This document shows, in pieces, positions 60,401-64,000 of a stretch of 64,000 nt of DNA. Position 1 is the first letter of the stretch; each line of letters starts with the position of its first letter. Source of the DNA: Squalus acanthias (taxonomy: Eukaryota). The notes below the pieces were generated by a model. The model ran no database searches. It worked only from the letters and a program-made list of their open reading frames with translations, and was not told the DNA's origin. The translations under genes were made by a program, and so were the position numbers. The stretch spans positions 68,138,001 through 68,202,000 of the forward strand of contig CM059430.1 in NCBI GenBank assembly GCA_030390025.1, written 5' to 3'.

Positions 60401-60929
60401 TAAAACCGCGTTTCTGGACCTAATTAGATTTAGCCTTCACTCCAATAATTATCATGTTGTATGGAGAGAGTGAAGGGTTATTGCAGGCATACATCCAACT
60501 GGATAGTGTGTCTCTCCCGCCGAGAATTTCCTCGGGGGTTCTCTTGATTGATCACTGTAACTTCAGTGGAAAATCGGCGCAAACCCTCGAGAAACTGCAT
60601 AAACACGGTTTAAAGGTTCCTGCAATGAAATTCCAGCAGCTTGGTGTCGACGGGTGCTCATCAGCATTGTGATTGGGGAAGCAACCGGGGTCTCTTGGAA
60701 ATCAAGGTGGCTGGAAGAAAAATGGCCAGGTGGCCGAAATTTAGAACCTTGTTAAAACTCCATGGATGACTGGGTAAAGCAACACATGAGCTAGGTACCC
60801 AGACGTATCCACGGCATTGCTGATGATTGAACAGGTAATCTGGCTCACTAATGTGATCTGCAACGATAAGGTTATTGCTGGGAGGAGGGAAACCTACCAT
60901 TTATCTTCAAATAAGTCGGCATATCAAAA

Positions 60930-63115
60930 TCCTAAAGGGTAGAGTGGTCCTCGTCAGGAAAGGAGCGGGAAAGGACAGCCAGCCTGGGGTAGCTGCAACA
61001 CCGGACTACTTGCATGCTAAAAAGCGGAAGCTGCATTCTATAGACAGAGCTAAGCGATCCCACAATCAACGGATCAGATCAAAGCACTGCAGTCCTGCCT
61101 CATCCAGTCGTGAATGGTGGTGGACCATTAAACAACTACGGAGGAGGAAGCTCCATGAATATCCCCATCCTCAATGATGGTGGAGCTCAGCACGTGAGTG
61201 CAAAAGAGAAAGCTGAAGCGTTTTCAACCATCTTCAGCCAGAAGTGCCGAATGGATGATCCACATCGGCCTCCTCCTGAGGTCCCCACCATCACAGAAGC
61301 CAGTCTTCAGTCAATTCGATTCACTCCACATGATATCAAGAAACTGCTGAGCGCACTGGATACAGAAAAGGCTGTGGGCCCCGACAACATCCCAGCTCTC
61401 ATGCTGAAGACTTGTGCTCCAGATCTAGCCGCGCCTCTAGCCAAGCTGTTCCAGTACAGCTATACCTCAGACATGTATCTGACAATGTGAAAAACTATCC
61501 AGGTATGTCCAGTCCACAAAAATTAGGAGAAATCCAAACTGGCCAATTACAGCCCCAACGGTCTACTCTCAATCATCAGCAAAGTGATGGAAGGTGTCAT
61601 CGACAGTACCATCAAGCAGCACCTACTCATCAATTACCTGATCATTGATGCCCAGTTTGGATTCCGCTAGGACCACTCGGCTCCAGACCTCATTGTAGCC
61701 TTTGTCCAAACATGGACAGAAGAGCTGAATTCCAGAGCTGTGGTGAGAGTGACTGCCCTTGATATGAAGGCAGCATTTGACCGAGTGTGGCATCAAGGAG
61801 CCCTAGTAAAAATGAAGTCAATGGGAATCGGTGGGGGGGGGGGGGGGCGGGGGGAACTCTCCACTGGCTGGAGTAAAAGCTAGCACAACGTTGTCGCTGG
61901 GACAACATTCTGGAACTCCCTCCCAAACGGCACTGTGGGAGTACCTTCACCACAGGGACTGCAGCAGTTCAAGAATGCGGCTCACCACCACTTTCTCAAG
62001 GGCAATTAGGAATGGGCAATAAATGCTGTCCTTACCAGCGATGCCCACATGCCATAAACGAATAAATCAATAAAAGAAGATGGTTGTTGTGGTTGGAGGT
62101 CAATCATCACAGCCCTAGGACATTGCTGCAGGTGTTCCTCAGGGCAGTGTCCTAGGCACAACCATCTTCAGCTGCTTCATCAATGACGTGCCCTCCATCA
62201 TAAGGTCAGAGTGGGGATGTTCGCTGATGATTGCAGTGTCCAGGGCCATTCACAACTCCTCAGATGATGAAGCATTCCATTCCCACATGCAGCAAGACTT
62301 GGACGACATTCAGGCTTGGGCTGATAAGTGGCAGGTAACATTCGTGCCACACAAGTGCCAGGCAATGACCATCTCGAACAAACGAGCGTCTAACCACCGC
62401 CACTTGACATTCAACGGCAATACTATCGCCGAATCACCCTCTAACAATATCATGGGGTCACCATTGACCAGAAACTTTACTGGACCAGCCACATCAATAC
62501 TGTGGCACCAAGAGCAGGTCAGAGGCTGGGTATTCTGCGGCGAGTGTCTCACCTCCTGTCTCCCCAAATCCTTTCCACCATCTACAAAGCACAAGTCAGG
62601 AGTGTGATGGAACAGTCTGCACTTGCCTGGATGAGTGCAGCTCCAACAACACTCAAGAATCTTAACACCATCCAAGACAAAGCAGCCCGCTTGATTGGCA
62701 CTCCATCCACAACCTTAAATATTCACTCACTCCACCACCAGCGTACAGTGGCTGCAGTGTGTATTATCTACGAGATGCACTGCAACAACTCGCCAAGGCT
62801 TCTTTGGCAGCACCTCCCAAACTCGCGAACTCTACCACCTAGAAGGACAAGGATAGCAGACGCATGGGAACATCACCAACTCCAAATTACCCTCCAAGTC
62901 ACAAACCATCCTCACTTGGAAGTATTTCGCCGTTCCTTCATCGTCGCTGGGTCAAAATCATGGAACCTCCTTCCTAACAGCACTGTGGGAGTACCTTCAC
63001 CACAGGGACTGCAGCTGTTCAAGAAAGCTGCTCAGCAACAACTTTTCAACGGCAATTAAGGATGTACAATGAACGCTGCCCTAGCCAGCAATGCCCACAT
63101 CCCATGAACGAATTT
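60930..63115 (+). mobile_element. Degenerate LINE of the second family, with an extra 3'-end fragment inserted at ~61915-62075
   Basis: NIPILNDGGAQHVSA, KTCAPDLAAPLAKLFQYSY, GVPQGSVLG and YKAQVRSVME motifs; family 3' end present. Confidence 0.9.
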
Positions 63116-63499
63116 TAAAAAATTATAAAGCGGACCATTGTGTAGTACTGGTTTTATCTAATTAAACCTAGGGAGGCATCAATTTATGTTGCAGGTTGAC
63201 TTAAAGGACCAAAAATGATTGGACGCGCTCTAGAAACTGTCCAATTCAGTGAGTAGAGCCTGTGGGTATGACTGGTGGAGGTACCCCTGAGGACCGTGAC
63301 AACTTCTGGTGCCTGGAATTCGGAAATATATTACCCACATGTTGCACTGTTACTAAGAGCAAACTTGATGCAAGTACTCATACGTGGAGTATAGCAACGA
63401 GGAGTGCAGATTTCACCTTCTTTGGAGCGTTTAATGATGATTTTTGCCCAGCAACCACATAAGACTGATCGTAATTGCGTCAAAAATAGGATCGGGGCA

Positions 63500-64000
63500 G
63501 GAACAATAATATAGAAACAGGAGTAAGACATTCAGCCCCTCGAGCTTGTTCCACCATTCAATTAGATTTTGGTTGATCTGTGTCTGAACTCCAATTACTC
63601 GGCTTAGTTCCTTATTCCTTAATATCCTTACATACCAAAAATCTAGCAAACTCAGTTTTGAAATTTTCAATTTACCTAGCCTCAACAGCCTTTTGAGGAG
63701 AGAACTCCATATTTCCACTACCCTTTGCGTGAAAAAGTGCTTCCTGAAGTCACCCCTGGAAGGTCCAGACATAATTTTAAGGTTATGCCCCCTTGTTCTG
63801 GAATCAACCCACAAAACGAAATAATTTATTTCTATCTACCCTATCAAATCATTGAATCATCTTAACGATCTCAATTAGATCGCCCCTTAACCTTCTTTGT
63901 CCAAGGGAATACAAGTCTTGTCTGTGCAGCATGCCCCCATAATTTAAGTCCTTTAATCCCGTTAACATTCTGGTTCCTACTGTTCATCTCCAGTTTTACC
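63500..64000 (-). mobile_element. CR1 3' fragment running off the window
   Basis: SRTRGHNLKI...RKHFFTQRVVEIW and CR1 3' UTR. Confidence 0.88.

Overview
Eukaryotic, repeat-rich genomic DNA, almost certainly from an elasmobranch (shark), judging by the HE1-type V-SINE, Deu-domain SINEs, abundant CR1 LINEs, Penelope elements and Harbinger transposons. Most ORFs in the track are transposon debris. The host content is a divergently transcribed (head-to-head) pair of related spliced immunoglobulin-superfamily receptor genes. Both have leader, germline-joined VJ-type V domain, C1-set domain and TM exons. Gene A (+ strand, 35865-44950, six coding exons, 336 aa) has a tail with an ITIM (LTYAAL) and an ITSM/ITIM-like motif (TEYAQL), so it looks inhibitory. 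Gene B (- strand, 17025 to 9392) has a TM segment with an N-terminal Arg (VVRLVLSVLVILMLTIIIADHFW) and a very short tyrosine-free tail, so it looks activating. A decayed leader-V-C1 duplicate sits between gene B's C1 and TM exons and leaves a 34-nt stop-containing mini-exon with intact splice sites. Between the two genes lie a decayed Harbinger transposon and an LTR retroelement with gag, protease and env-like remnants. The window also has a solo LTR with a visible empty paralogous site, six copies of a ~740-bp MITE, Penelope-derived minimal hammerhead ribozyme motifs and a 24-bp minisatellite. All exon models were derived by hand and have no transcript support. Repeat boundaries are approximate unless a TSD is quoted.
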